The position numbers were made by a program, and so were the translations under genes. DNA of 64,000 nucleotides from Dipteris shenzhenensis (Eukaryota): assembly GCA_047967505.1 (NCBI GenBank), contig CM106538.1, one strand, 5' to 3'. Below, one piece after another: positions 1 to 12,400 of this stretch. The number at the start of each line of letters is the position of its first letter. The first letter of the stretch is position 1. Below the pieces are notes generated by a model, which was not told the DNA's origin, searched no databases, and saw only the letters and a list, made by a program, of their open reading frames with translations.

Positions 1-729
1 CTCCCACATCAGCATTTCTCACATGCATGTCACATGTCAATCAGCTTTCTCGTATGGCGTTTCAACTCCGATCGGTGAGTTTTGGCTTTGATTAAGGCGC
101 CTTGACCTTCGGTCAAAGCCCCTTCATTACGGTCAAGAGGGTTGACCTCGGTCAACCAGAGTATTTTCTATGTTATGAGAGCATGTTTGCTTGGTGGGGA
201 CGCCCACAGATTAGTCTAGAGTTTATTTTTGCATGCAAGCACTAACAATTAATGGGTGCCATGGTTGTGTGTTTCAATTCATTGTTGCAGGTACCAAGAG
301 GGGTTGAAAACCCAAAGCCTCATGGAGCTTAGCAAGCAATCAGGAGATACTCCATGTGACCAAGTGCTATGAAATTTCCAGAGTTGTCCTTTGAGGCATG
401 TAGCTAGGATTTCAGCTAGGATTATGACAAGTGGCATGTGGCCAAGTAAGTGAGAGCTGAGAGCTTTTGTAAAGGGAACTTCACGTATGAAGAGGAGCAG
501 CTTGTGAGCTGAGAGCTTTCTTTGTACTTTCTTTTACTGAAACACAATACCTTCGGGGGGGTCCAGCCTGTTTGGGTTCTGGGCCCTAATGTTGTGCCAA
601 GAGAGGGAGTGAGAGAGAGATTGAAGAGAGTTTTCAATTCCATCGTCTACATGAAGAGAGAGCTTCATTGCCCTTCGTTTTCACTATCCTATATGGAAAG
701 TTAGCGTTCGCAGTCATCTAGTGGCCAGG

Positions 730-970
730 GAAATCTGGGAGGTGACGAAAGGTACGGAGCAGAAACGTGTCAATTTTGGATGCCACAAGGAAGATCTCAG
801 TTTCAGTAGATCCAAATAAGGTGAAAGAAAAATGAAAGAAAGAAAGTCAAAGGAGAGGAACTTGAGGAATGCAGTTGCTCTTTCCATAATATTCTGAATA
901 ACTATGGATTCGGTAATATGAGGTTGGAAGATTGTTACTAGCAACACTGCCTAGCACATTTGGAGATCCG
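730..970 (+). mobile_element. Ty1/copia gag N-terminal remnant
   Basis: Pieces translate as EIWEVTKGTEQK ... RNAVALSIIF*ITMDSVI ... NTA*HIW, the typical copia gag N-terminal pattern, with stops. Confidence 0.45.
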
Positions 971-1149
971 GATGTATTGAGGCTTTAGACGGCACCTAAA
1001 TCCGCCCTACTCATACCATGGCTAGCATCTAGATAGATATTGCACATCTGGTCTATGATGTAGTGGCCTTGGTGGCCATTTGGTCTATGATGTAGGGGTC
1101 TTCAAGATTTGCTTTGGCCAAGAGAACGCTTTTTCTTAGAAAGTGGAGA

Positions 1150-2260
1150 GGCAATCCTTTCTTCTCTAAGTCACTTATTGGCCTGATGAGGCACTTTCAG
1201 CCACAGTCTTGGTTCCTTCAAGATTTGCATATCCTTATATATTTTCAATGGCACCTTACCACTTGTTTCTCATGCTCCATATGATGTATCTATGCCTTGA
1301 ATTCTGTGATCTTGGCTGTTCCTATCGTACATAATAGCAGTAATTTTAATGAAAAAATAAAAGTAGTAGAAGTCTTTCATACATAATAGAAGTCTTTTTG
1401 AAGAAAATTAAAAATAACACATAGGTTAGTTGGCTGCCCTTCAATGACTGCAAGCCTAGATGAGGAAGTAGCGGGAATCGAATCACACAATCAATCATGA
1501 GGAACATTGATGTGTGCCATTGTGGTTTGGGATATCCTATCCTCATCCATTTCCGCCATTCACAGTGGTTTTTTCTTTCTACTCTTATGATAGCCTGTTT
1601 CAGCAGCCTCTTTGTGCATTAAAGTCCCCTTCCATTATAATTTCATGATCTTTAGGGTATATGGCTATATCCTCTCCCAAATATATGAAGGGGTCCCCTC
1701 GTGAGATGTGATTGTTCTGTTTGTTGGACGCAAAACATGCTGTCAGGCAGATATTTCTCTCATTTGCTGCTATCTCCAGCCACATATTTTGAGGGTCCTC
1801 TTTTATGACCTAGATTGTGTTCTCCCACACTTTGCTAATGTAGCATGCTATTCCACCACAGCCCTGTCCCTTATGGGATATTTTTGTGTTCATTCGTTTT
1901 CTTGGAATCCTTGTACCTCTGGAATCTCGTGTCCTTCGTGCTCCCAGAATTCCAATATTAAGAGTATGTCAGTTTTCAGATATCTCCTCCTTCAAAGCTA
2001 GGGTCTTTACTAGAGACCATCCCCCTACATTCCAGATTTTGCTCCTGAGGGAGTCCTAAGGCTTTTAAGAAGGTACAATAGCAACCAATTTTTTCCACCC
2101 TAACAAGATTTTTCCATGGTATTGCAAAAGAATTCACTCGGAGTCTCATTTAAGCTCTACTTTCTGCTTTCTTCAGCCCCATGACCCTGAGATTGAGAGC
2201 TCTTTCTTTTATTTTCTTTCCCTCCTTAATGGATAATGCTATCTCATCTATTTGGAATTG
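1150..2260 (-). mobile_element. LINE (non-LTR retrotransposon) remnant, APE endonuclease domain
   Basis: Minus-strand motifs in order: KIWNVGG (~2030), DILLILEFWE (~1960), GQGCGGIAC (~1855), WLEI...IIMEGDFNA (ORF 1600-1785). Frameshifted and with stops. Confidence 0.7.
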
Positions 2261-2634
2261 ACTAGCTCATCTAGCAACTGGGCAGTTGGGGGAGTGTCAG
2301 CTAGACATCACTGTCAGCCCACTCCTTTGATGGTAAGGAGACAGAGACTTCTGCAGATTTGGGATTCGAGCACCAGAGAGGAGTTAAGCCATGCAGCCAG
2401 TTTTTCATAACACTCTGGCGAAGTCGTCCCCAAGCTATGGTGATTTCACGGGCATTGTGCCAGTGGGGAGAGATCTCGCTGAGGGAGAGAGAGAGAGAGA
2501 TGACTATATTGGACGAGGGTACTCCGAGCTACATTTGCAGTTCGGACTAATTAGTGAGGTAAAGCTTCACACCACATGGTGGCTGTGTGGCCTTGTAAAA
2601 TATAAACAACTTTAGTATATATCTTCTATTACGA

Positions 2635-2647
2635 AGAGAGAGAGAGA

Positions 2648-2678
<31 letters not shown>

Positions 2679-2679
2679 A
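2635..2679. repeat. (GA)n microsatellite interrupted by (GC)n
   Basis: agagag...gcgcgcgc...agagag read directly. Confidence 0.9.
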
Positions 2680-2840
2680 TTCTGTCAATGAAAGACCCAA
2701 AAAGTCACTACACCAACAAAAGTATGTTAGAGTGTGTTAAAAAATATGCACAGGGTGCCTATAAGACCACACTATAAGACCAAGCCACATCATCATTTTT
2801 GTCAAATAGAGATTCCTTGGGAAGAAACACAGCGACAAAC

Positions 2841-2966
2841 CTTGACAACATCCCCAGGGATGAAATTCAACCTTGAGACTCTCCCTTTGTAGCGACTGGT
2901 GATTTGGATGGTGGCTTTATCACTTTGAACAGAACACAAAGGCTGGAATTCGTCCACTTCATCACC
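2841..2966 (-). CDS. BCE2: Branched-chain 2-oxoacid dehydrogenase E2 (lipoamide acyltransferase), coding exon 3: lipoyl domain
   Basis: 126-nt exon with AG/GT boundaries encoding GDEVDEFQPLCSVQSDKATIQITSRYKGRVSRLNFIPGDVVK, which includes the VQSDKA lipoyl-lysine motif of DBT/BCE2. Confidence 0.9.
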
Positions 2967-3116
2967 CTGTAATAACATATACTGGGCTTTATTAAATCAC
3001 CCTAACGGTTCACAAAAGGTCTAGAGAAAGGAAACCAGATATCAAGTACAAGGAATGTTATGATTCACAACAACTTGGAAACTTGAATGTAAGAACACGT
3101 ATTGATAATTGCACAC

Positions 3117-3266
3117 CTCTTTAACAAGCCAGGTCAGAAGCTCACAGTCTGCAATGCCCTCGCCTGTCTGGGCTAGTGGAACTTCAATTATCCCTCCCAA
3201 CTCCAATTTTGAAGCTTGTGAATGAAACATGGAAAACTTCGACTTTGGGTATCTTGAGTAGAAACA
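3117..3266 (-). CDS. BCE2: BCKDH E2 coding exon 2 (end of presequence and start of lipoyl domain)
   Basis: 150-nt phase-0 exon (ttaacAG|...GAG|GT) encoding CFYSRYPKSKFSMFHSQASKLELGGIIEVPLAQTGEGIADCELLTWLVKE; VPLAQTGEGIAxCELLxW is diagnostic of plant BCE2. Confidence 0.9.
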
Positions 3267-3956
3267 CTGTTAACCAAACCATGTCAGTACTGTTGAACGT
3301 TAATGAAATGCAAAATTATTACACGCTCAACTAAAGCCACAAGCACTAATTAGAAAATGATTATCTACATCAGTTTGATGTCAACTCATGTATTTAAGTT
3401 CATTTTTGTTGTGACTGATGATGCAACAATATGCAGAACTATTCGTTTCAAAAGCCAGTTTTCTCTCTGGAACACAAACACGACGTCTTTACTCGGAGAT
3501 CCAGAGCTAAGGTCAGATTTGACCATCCCTTGTGTGGGGCTGGCCAGACAGTGGCCCCAGCCCATCCAATGGGCTCCTTCTGGAGAGCCACTTCAGAATC
3601 CTCATTAGAAGACGAGGGCAAACCTATTGGAGTCTTTTGTATATCCTAATTCTGTCCCCCCTTGGCATCTGGGTACTTGATTTTGTGCTTCAGCATTGTG
3701 CTTGCATCTCAAAGGAGAAGATTGAGTCTTGTAATTTAATCTTATGCTTTCACTTCTAGATTGGTGAATTCCCACACAGCAGATAAAGATTTCCAGCACA
3801 TAGTGGTGCCACGAACAATATCTCATGCCTTTCATGACACACCCATCAGAGTTGTATTTGAAACAAAATCCTTCCCATCAGAATTGATTTACACCACATT
3901 CTTCCATCTTGGTGCAACCCATTCATTGTTCAATTTTAGCTTAGAATGTGACTTAC

Positions 3957-4211
3957 AACTTTTGAAGAGCCATAACATTGCAATGATCTGCCTGGTTTGG
4001 ATGCACTTTTTGAGAGCATTGGCAAATTTTCCACAATCTTTGCTTCTAATGCATTTTGAGAAAAGTTGGTGAATGTCCTGTCCAATTCGTCCCCTCCAGC
4101 CCACCTGCTCATGATCAATTTCAGACTCGGTAGTCCAGCAAATGAATCTGGAGCTCCCCAAGGTGTAAAGTGAGAATGGTTCAGTAGTTTCTGCGCCACA
4201 CATCTCTTCAT
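3957..4211 (-). CDS. BCE2: BCKDH E2 probable first coding exon (mitochondrial transit peptide)
   Basis: ATG at 4211, 85 codons (MKRCVAQKLL...GSSKV), then a strong GTAAGT donor in phase 0 matching the exon 2 acceptor; pyrimidine-rich acceptor (ttcttgcAG) near 4276. Transit peptides are not conserved, so this is inferred. Confidence 0.65.
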
Positions 4212-5430
4212 GTTTCTTCCTTTAGGTGTATTTATAAATTTGCTCGTCTCAAAATCGCCCCAGAGCCTTTTTGAGCTGCAAGAAGAGGTTAGAGATGTTT
4301 ATTACACAAGTAAAGGTCAAAACCGTCTTGCAATTTTTCATACAGACCCATAACGTATGAACATTGCAGCACAACACCTCAAGGTTCTTTCATTAGCTCT
4401 GCTTTGAAACAAAGCCGCATTCCACTTTGATGTGATGACGAGTGAACTAAATAATGTAAAATGTGGACGCACTATCTTGGACAACGTTGATTGCCCTCAT
4501 ACGTCTATGTGTGAGAATTAAATTTGTAACTTGCTTTCCCACGTACAAAATCATGTACCCATTGTTAAAGTTTAAACTTGCAATGTTTACCGCAGCAGTA
4601 TTAGTGTTATAATTTGCTGAGTTTTCAAAAGGGACGATAACGCATAAAAAGTTGTAACGACGATTACCATCTCTAAAAAACAGAAGTATCATTGCATTGG
4701 GTGAGCATTCCAATAGATGCTAACTCTGCCCATAACAGAATCAGGGTGCGTTCGCTCAACAGAGCATCGTAAAGGCAATACATAATCTACTAAGTCAGAG
4801 TCACACCAGACTGAAGTGGGGCATTGAGCACTGTAAGAGTAGTAAATTATCCACCTGATCAGAGTTGCAAGGTCTAATGTAGATGCCGGAATTGCATGGA
4901 AACAGGCCTGGCACTACTAAAATGGGGAATGGGCATGGGGCATGCCATATCACACATTTGCTCATCAAATTCAATTGCAATCCAATTTGCTTATGGAATA
5001 ATTAAATTTGGCGTGCCGTAACCAAACATTCTCTCGACATGTGTCAAGTGTTTAGGGGACATCCCCGGTCTCGAGTTCCCATCTTTTGAAGAATAATAGG
5101 AGGAGCGCATTCCCCAACCCTGAAAAGGCGTTTGATGTCAGTGAAGAAAGAGCTCCTCTGATAAGTCATCACTGAGTCTGATGGTCAAAGAACGATGCAA
5201 CAATACCTCGATCAAGCTCAAGCTAAAAAGAGCGAATTAAGAAAAGACGTTTTTCGGGCAGGTGGTGGTATGGCACTGCTTCAAGATATGCAAAGCCGCA
5301 ACCAATGGTCCTAGGTTGCATAGAAGAACTGCCTTAGCGATATAAAGGCAAGCAATAATCGACGGGTTGGAATTCAGCTCGATGGATGAGCAGAGTAAAA
5401 ACTAAAAAGCGACATTTTTTCGTCAAAGTG

Positions 5431-5441
5431 GACGTTACGTC
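5431..5441. promoter_or_regulatory. Double ACGT (bZIP/as-1-like) palindrome upstream of BCE2
   Basis: GACGTTACGTC (TGACGTAACGTC on the minus strand) in a CpG-retaining stretch upstream of the gene. Confidence 0.35.
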
Positions 5442-5582
5442 ATCAATTGAAGCTAAATTCAAAGTGAGAGCTGCGATGGTTTTCTAACATAGGGAAAATA
5501 ACAAGTTTATGGTTTTTATTCAGGCCATAGGGAATACAATTAGTTTTAGGGTTTTCTCACAAATGAAAAATAATCTGTTATA

Positions 5583-8500
5583 CACTACTACACATGGCCT
5601 TGTTGCAACGATTAAGCATCAACATTTAGCACGTGTGGTGCACTAATTGTCTCGGTATGTATGGAGGGAGTAAAAGGGTGGGTATATACTGACCTTTACC
5701 AAACCTGTGAATGGTCGGTATATATCGAACTTTTACAAAAGTGTAAAAGGTCGGTATATATCGACTCTGAGACGCGCTTTCCTATACCAACGTTTTACAG
5801 AGAGTGTTTTTCCCCATACTGACCTTTAAAGAGTGTTTCCCAATGACAAAAAAAATTTCTTTTCATGCATGTTTGATCCTTTAAAAGAATAAAAATACAA
5901 GAGCATGTACATCAAGTTTGAAGCTCATATATTCATGTCCAAGTTTGAGATTTAAAAAATCAATCAAGAGCATTTACATCAATGGCTTCATCCTAAGCCA
6001 AGTCCTGCATGCCAAACAAGTCTATCTCCAACTCTATACCAAGTTAATCTCCTATATCATCATCGTACTCTGGCATCGTATGCTCACCTAAGACTATATC
6101 TTGTAATTCCCCCTCTTCAATAAAATCGGGTGATTGTTAATCGTCATCTTCTTCCCTCAATATCGTGATATGCATCTTCCTCCCGTACGATGTCATTATG
6201 TGCATCTTCCTCTTGGCTCATATTGTGATCTTCATATTCCTCACTAGATCCATCTAGATCAATTGGATCTGGCATTGGTAGTGGCATTTCCATATCCACA
6301 TCTCTATCTTCAAAAATTTATCTACTTCATGGTGGTGCAACTTGGATCACGTACCACAATCTTGGATCGGAACAATCCAGATGAAAAGCCACCTATATTG
6401 AAGATGGGTGTCAAATGCCATCAATTATATGAATTTATGCTTAAGTACATGTACCAATTGATCTTTAAAAATGAAATCTTTCAATTAATTAAATCATTAG
6501 TATGGACCTGCTCACAATGCTCGGGAAGGATAAAAGTATCACTTTCATCAGTCCAGATATTGGTGGAGTCTATCGCAAAGATTCCACTACTGTCTTTCCT
6601 CACTGTAGCATGGGGACCACTATAAATAGTTCTAAACCATTTTACATCAAGAATGAAAATACTAAATCGTCTAAAATCAATTTTATAGATTTTGCATATG
6701 GTCCCACAATAATTTAACTGTGAGGAGAGAAGATTAGTATCTGAAGCACTTGATCGGCTATCTTGTGTAAAGTTAGCCATGACTCCACAATCATATGTGA
6801 CTCTCTTTGAATCGATGCATTCCACGTGAAAATGTCATCCATATGACCATAATGCACTGTACTTTTTGTATTGCAAAAGAGCATCATTAAAACAATGAGT
6901 ATGCATCTATTTTATAGCGTATATTGCCACAAATAACTTAATTATGTCAAGAGGTAAGAAACTTACATGCATCATACATCCAGATGATAACTCTCGCTCG
7001 CGCTCAATTATTGTCTCTCCATCGTGTTCGACTTTACGTAGAGCCAGTTGTAGCCAATCAAGTGACATGTGAGTGGGAAGAAGGGTGAGATCCCATGGAT
7101 ATGGTTGCACTCGCTTATGCATGACTTTGCTCCTTGCTATTGAGGATACAAAACTTATTGAATTTCTCCATTTTCTCTTTGCTCATCTTTCTTTCAATCC
7201 CTTTTCCTTGGGGAACCTCGCCAAACGATGAGATCATCATCCTTGTTATGCCAAGCCTATGGCATATCAGGATCTATGGATGCAAGAAACTTCGTGATAT
7301 ATACTAATGACTCGTGCACAAGCCATCCCTATGCCATGCTTACTTCCGATGTTTCTCTCTGCCTTACAAATCCCTTCAAAGTTCTCATAAATTGCTCGAG
7401 AAAACACATCCACCGACTATGAATGGTACCATACCTACAATGGCCACCTCATCAACTATGTGCACAAGCAAGTGCACTTGAGTCATCATAATGCTCGAGG
7501 GAAAGTGCTTCTCAAGCAAGCATACAACTTTGATGGAGTCCACCCTAGCCTTCTCGATGCTCGATATGGAGATCTCTTTTTGAGATATCCACCTATTTCA
7601 CGTGCCCATGTAAGATTCATAATCTTTCTACAGATTATTCAACTTAAGTTGAAGAAAATGTAATCAATGTGAGTTGATAGTAAGCATACCTCACAATACC
7701 ACTGATCTTTAATATAGCATTTCTAGCATCTTCTTGTAAGCACCCTTTCACTATAATTGGGAGGATGAACTATCCAAGCAAGCAACAAAGAAGTCATGTC
7801 AATAATATAGCATAATCATAATTACACTAATGCATCATGATTATTGGTACACTAATCCTACAGCCTTGTAAGACCTTCTTCCAATCATGGGACTTGAGCC
7901 CACTAAGCTTATTGTCCTTTGAAAATGCTCCTTTCAAGCAACTCATGTACCCTATCAGTGTTTGAAAAGAGGCAATGTCTGCCTTGACCGGTGCCTCCTC
8001 TCTCTTAGAGAGAATCCATGTTGCTTTCAAGAGGACAACTTTACGACCACGACTTGGGGCAAAAAACGAGGCATCCTATCCATAGCGTGCAAGTCTTCTT
8101 GCACTCCTCTCAAGTATTTGTCACCAACCAAGTGTGCCCAAATAATAGCCCCCACATTCTTGAAGATATGCATGGGATCAAAGAGATGATTGATTTGTAA
8201 CTGACCCCAATAAGGAACCTCTTGAAATATGGATAGCCTCTTTATACCAGGAGTTCACGTGTGAGATGGTCCAGTGGAAGGTATCGAGCATGACCTTCAT
8301 AAACCATTTTTCTCATGTGTTTGAAGTGTCATGCAAGAGCACTCAAACCCTTCCCACAAATAGGACAAGCATGGTACCCACTTATTGCAAGTCCTGCATG
8401 CATGCATGAATGTGTTAGTATAAGACATGCACTAGAAAGAGAGTCATAAAAGTATCATTATACATGTAAAGACACAACCACGTACCTACACACTATTCAT

Positions 8501-8943
8501 ATCTTGGGTAGTCATGCATGGTCCACATCAAGATTCCCTTGACCAAAATGTCATTGGTATGTTTAGGAGCTTCGGAAAGATCAAAGACATGTATGCCTCT
8601 CCATAAGATCTATAACTCCTCTATCAAAGGTGCGATGTACACATCCATATTTTTGGCCTTGTACTTCCCTGGCACAAGTAGTGCAAGCATGAGGTGTCCC
8701 TTCTTTATTGTTAGCCATGGTGGGATATTGTAATTCACCAAGACTTTAGGCCATGTTGACTAAGATGTCGAGCGTAACCCAAAAGGGTTCACGCCGTCCA
8801 TGGCAAGCTCAAGATGTAAGTTGCATGGCTCCCTCACAAAGTCCGGCCAATGATTGTCTATGTGCTTTCAAGCAGCACAATCTACAAGAATCCTCAATGT
8901 GTTATCAGTGGACCGATGTGTAGTAAGCCAAGTCATCAACTCC
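5583..8943 (-). mobile_element. CACTA/EnSpm element 1 (one end plus decayed transposase), interrupted at 8944
   Basis: CACTACTACA terminus at 5583, subterminal repeats ggtatata(tc/ct)gac at 5680-5830, followed by a Tnp2 remnant. Confidence 0.8.
6300..8943 (-). pseudogene. CACTA Tnp2 transposase pseudogene (Transposase_21 / DUF4218 / DUF4216-type regions)
   Basis: WPDFVREPCNLHLELAMDGVNPFG ... STWP..LVNYNIPPWLTIKKGHLMLALLVPG (8650-8870), LSGLKSHDW (~7890), and DCGVMANF...YCGTI..I..IDF..F...ILDVKWF...DTFILPEHCEQV (6481-6825); many stops. Confidence 0.85.
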
Positions 8944-9460
8944 CACTACTAGAAAATAAGGTAGAAATGGCAAAAGGAAATGGCACCCAAACTTTATTTT
9001 TGCCATTTCTTATGTATGAAATGGCAACCATTTCTCAAAGTGCCATTTATTCATTAAAAATGTCAGTAGGAAATGGCAACTAGTTCTTGAGTTGCCATTT
9101 CTTAGGAAGAAATGGCAACATTTTCCTAAGAAGAAAAAGCAATAGGAAATGTCAATATTTCTTGATAATAAATGGCAACCCAAAATGGCAATCAATTTTT
9201 TATTGCCATTTTTAAGGTTGAAATGGCAACACAAAATGGCAGACATTTTTTATAGACATTTATTAGGAAGAAATGGCAACACAAAATGGCAATGAGCTAT
9301 CGATTGCCATTTCTTATGTAGAAATGGCAACATAAAATGGCATACATTCTTGATTGACATTTCTTAGGAACAAATGGTAGCACAAAATGGCAGTGAGTTC
9401 TTGATTGCCATTTCTTGGTAGTAGAAAATTGAAACCTTTTCTTAATTGCCATCTCTTTGA
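8944..9460. mobile_element. CACTA element 2 terminus with subterminal repeats, inserted into the Tnp2 of element 1
   Basis: CACTACTAGAAAA at 8944, followed by many AAATGGCAAC / TTGCCATTT motifs in both orientations. No partner terminus was found in the window. Confidence 0.8.
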
Positions 9461-9479
9461 TAGAAGTGGAGATAAACTA

Positions 9480-12400
9480 AGAGGTTGCATGGCCATATGA
9501 TACTTTACCATTCTATGATGATCTACAAATGTGAATTGCACCTATGCACCATGCACGTGTACAAATGGGAAAATTTGCATGCCCACCCACCCAAATTATC
9601 TCCAATTTATATGAAAATTTGCAAGCATATGAAACCTACTCAAATTACCACTATCTACAAGTTGTTACATGGCCATCTCACACTTAAGCATTCCCCGATG
9701 GTCCATATGCAAATTTAATACACTTAGCATCATGCATGTGACCAAATAGTGCATTTCGCATGCCCATCCACATAGATTTTCCCAATTCATCATGAAATTA
9801 TGCAAGGACATGAAAATTATTCTAGTAGACATCCTTGAAAGTTTACATGGCCATATAATGCTTTGGACATTCCATGATGGTCCACAAATGTGATTTGCAC
9901 ACCTACGCACCATGCATGTGCAGACATGGGGAGTTTTGGATGGACATGAAACTTACTCTAATTGACAATCTCACACTTGATAATTCCATGTTGGTCCACA
10001 CATGCAAATTTTCATGCACCTAGGCACAATACATGTGCACAAATAAGGAATTTTGCATGCCCATTGACCCGGATGTTTCCAAATCAATAGGAAACGTTGC
10101 AAGCACATAAAACCTACTCTAACTAACATATGTGCATGGTTGCATGCCTATCTGACACTTGACCATTCACATTGCATGTATGCACCATCGTGCATGTGCA
10201 CAATTAGAAACTTTTACATGCCCCCATCAACCCAAGTGTTTCTTGATTGACATGAAACTATGAAACAACATGAAACATACTTAATTTAACACGTGCAAAG
10301 TTTCATGGCAATATGACACTTGACCATTGAATGACATCCACACTTGTGAATTTCATGAACCTATGCACCATGCATGTGCACAAATGGGAAATTTTGCATT
10401 CCCCAACCACTGAGATGTTTTTTAACTGATATGAAACTTTACTAGGACATGAAGCCTGCTCTAATCAACACACAAATTTCATGCACCTATGGACCATGCA
10501 TGTGCACCAGTGGGAAAATTTGCATGCCCATCAACCCAAATGTTTCTCGATCAACACAACACTTTGTGTGGACATGCAAATTACTCTTATTAACATTGGT
10601 GCAGGGTCGTATGGCCATTTGACACTTGACCATTCCATGATGGTCCACACATGCCAATTTCATGCACCTATGCACCATGCATGTGCACAAATGGGGAATT
10701 ATGCATGCCCATCCTTCCAAATGTTGTTATATGAATATAAAACCTTATGAGGAAATGAAACTTACTATAATTAACACACGTAAAAAGTTGCATAACCGTC
10801 TATTACTTGACGATTCCATGATGGTCCACACATGTGATTGCCATGCATGTGCGCACCACCCATGTGCAAAAATTGGGGAATTGCACATGCCCACCAACCT
10901 AAATGTTTCTTGATTGACATGCAACTTTGAGAGGACATGAAACTTACTCCATTTAACACCCACGCATGGTCACATGGCCATCTGACATATGACCATTCCA
11001 TGATGGTTGAGAGATGCAAATTTCATGCACTATGGGGAATTTTGTATGCCCACCCATTCGAATGTTCTTTAATTGATATGAAACTTTGTGAGGACATGAA
11101 ATCTACTCTAAATCCTAGATGTGCAAAGTTGATGGCCATCTAACTCTTGAGCATTCCATGATGGTCCATAGATGTGAATTTCATGCACTCATGCAGCATG
11201 CATATGCACAAATGGGAAACTTTATAAGGACATGAAAACTACTTTAACAAACACCCATGTAAACATGTGACACTTTGGACATTCCATAATGGTCCACATA
11301 TGCAAGTTTCATGCATGCACGCACCATGGATGTGCATAAATCCGGAGTTTACATGCCCATCAACCTAGATGTTCCTTGATTGATCCAAATATTTGCATAG
11401 AAAAGAAATTTTCTCTAATTAAAACGCTTGCAAACTTGCACAATTGTCTGACAGTTGTCCATTCCATGATGTCCACACGTGATTTTTATGCACCCATGCA
11501 CCATGTAGGTGCAAAAATGGGGAATTTTGCATTCCTACTCACACAATGTTTTCTAATCAATATGAGACTTTGCAAAGACATGAAAGCTACTATTATTAAT
11601 AATAATGCAAAGTTGCATGGCCATTTGACTCTTCACCACTCCATGATGGTCCACATATGAAAATTCCATCCATCCATGCACCATGGATGTGCAAATGGGA
11701 GATTTTGCATTCCCATCTACCTAGATGTTTATGGATGAACAAAAAACATTGCAAAGACATGAATATTACTATAATTATGACCCTTGCAAGGTTGCATGCC
11801 CATCTCACACTTGACCATTCCATGATGATCCAAATGTGTAAATTTCATTCACCTACGCACCATGCATGTGCACAAATGGAAAATTTTGCATGACCACCTA
11901 GCCAAAGGTTCCCCTATCGATATGAAAATTTTCATAGACATAAATCTTACACTTGTGTGAAGTTGCATGTCCATTTCACACTTGTGCATTCTCTTATGGT
12001 CCATAGATGCAAATTTCATGCACCTATGCACCATGCATGTGCCCAAATTTGGGAATTTCGCATGCCCATCCACAGAAGTTTTCCCATGTCAGCATGAAAC
12101 TATGCAAGGACATGAAAATCTAATAAACACCTGTGAAAAGTTACATGGCCATAGGATGCTTTGTTCATTCTCCATGATGGTTTACAAATGCAAATTTCAT
12201 GCACCTACACACCATGCATGTGAAGACATGGAGATTTTTTGCATGCCTAATGACCTAGACGTGATACAAAACTTTGTGAGAACATGAAGCTTCCTCTGAT
12301 TGACACCCATGCAAAGTTGCATGACCATATTCCTATGCACAATACATGCGTAGAAACGGGAAATTTTGCACGCCCATCGTCTCAGATGTTTCCAAATTCA

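Noticed and set aside
3889-4203. 104-aa minus-strand ORF
   Set aside because: Alternative frame overlapping the BCE2 first exon, with no recognisable motif.
4900-5125. Possible MITE with CAGG ends
   Set aside because: Inverted match is short and there is no TSD.
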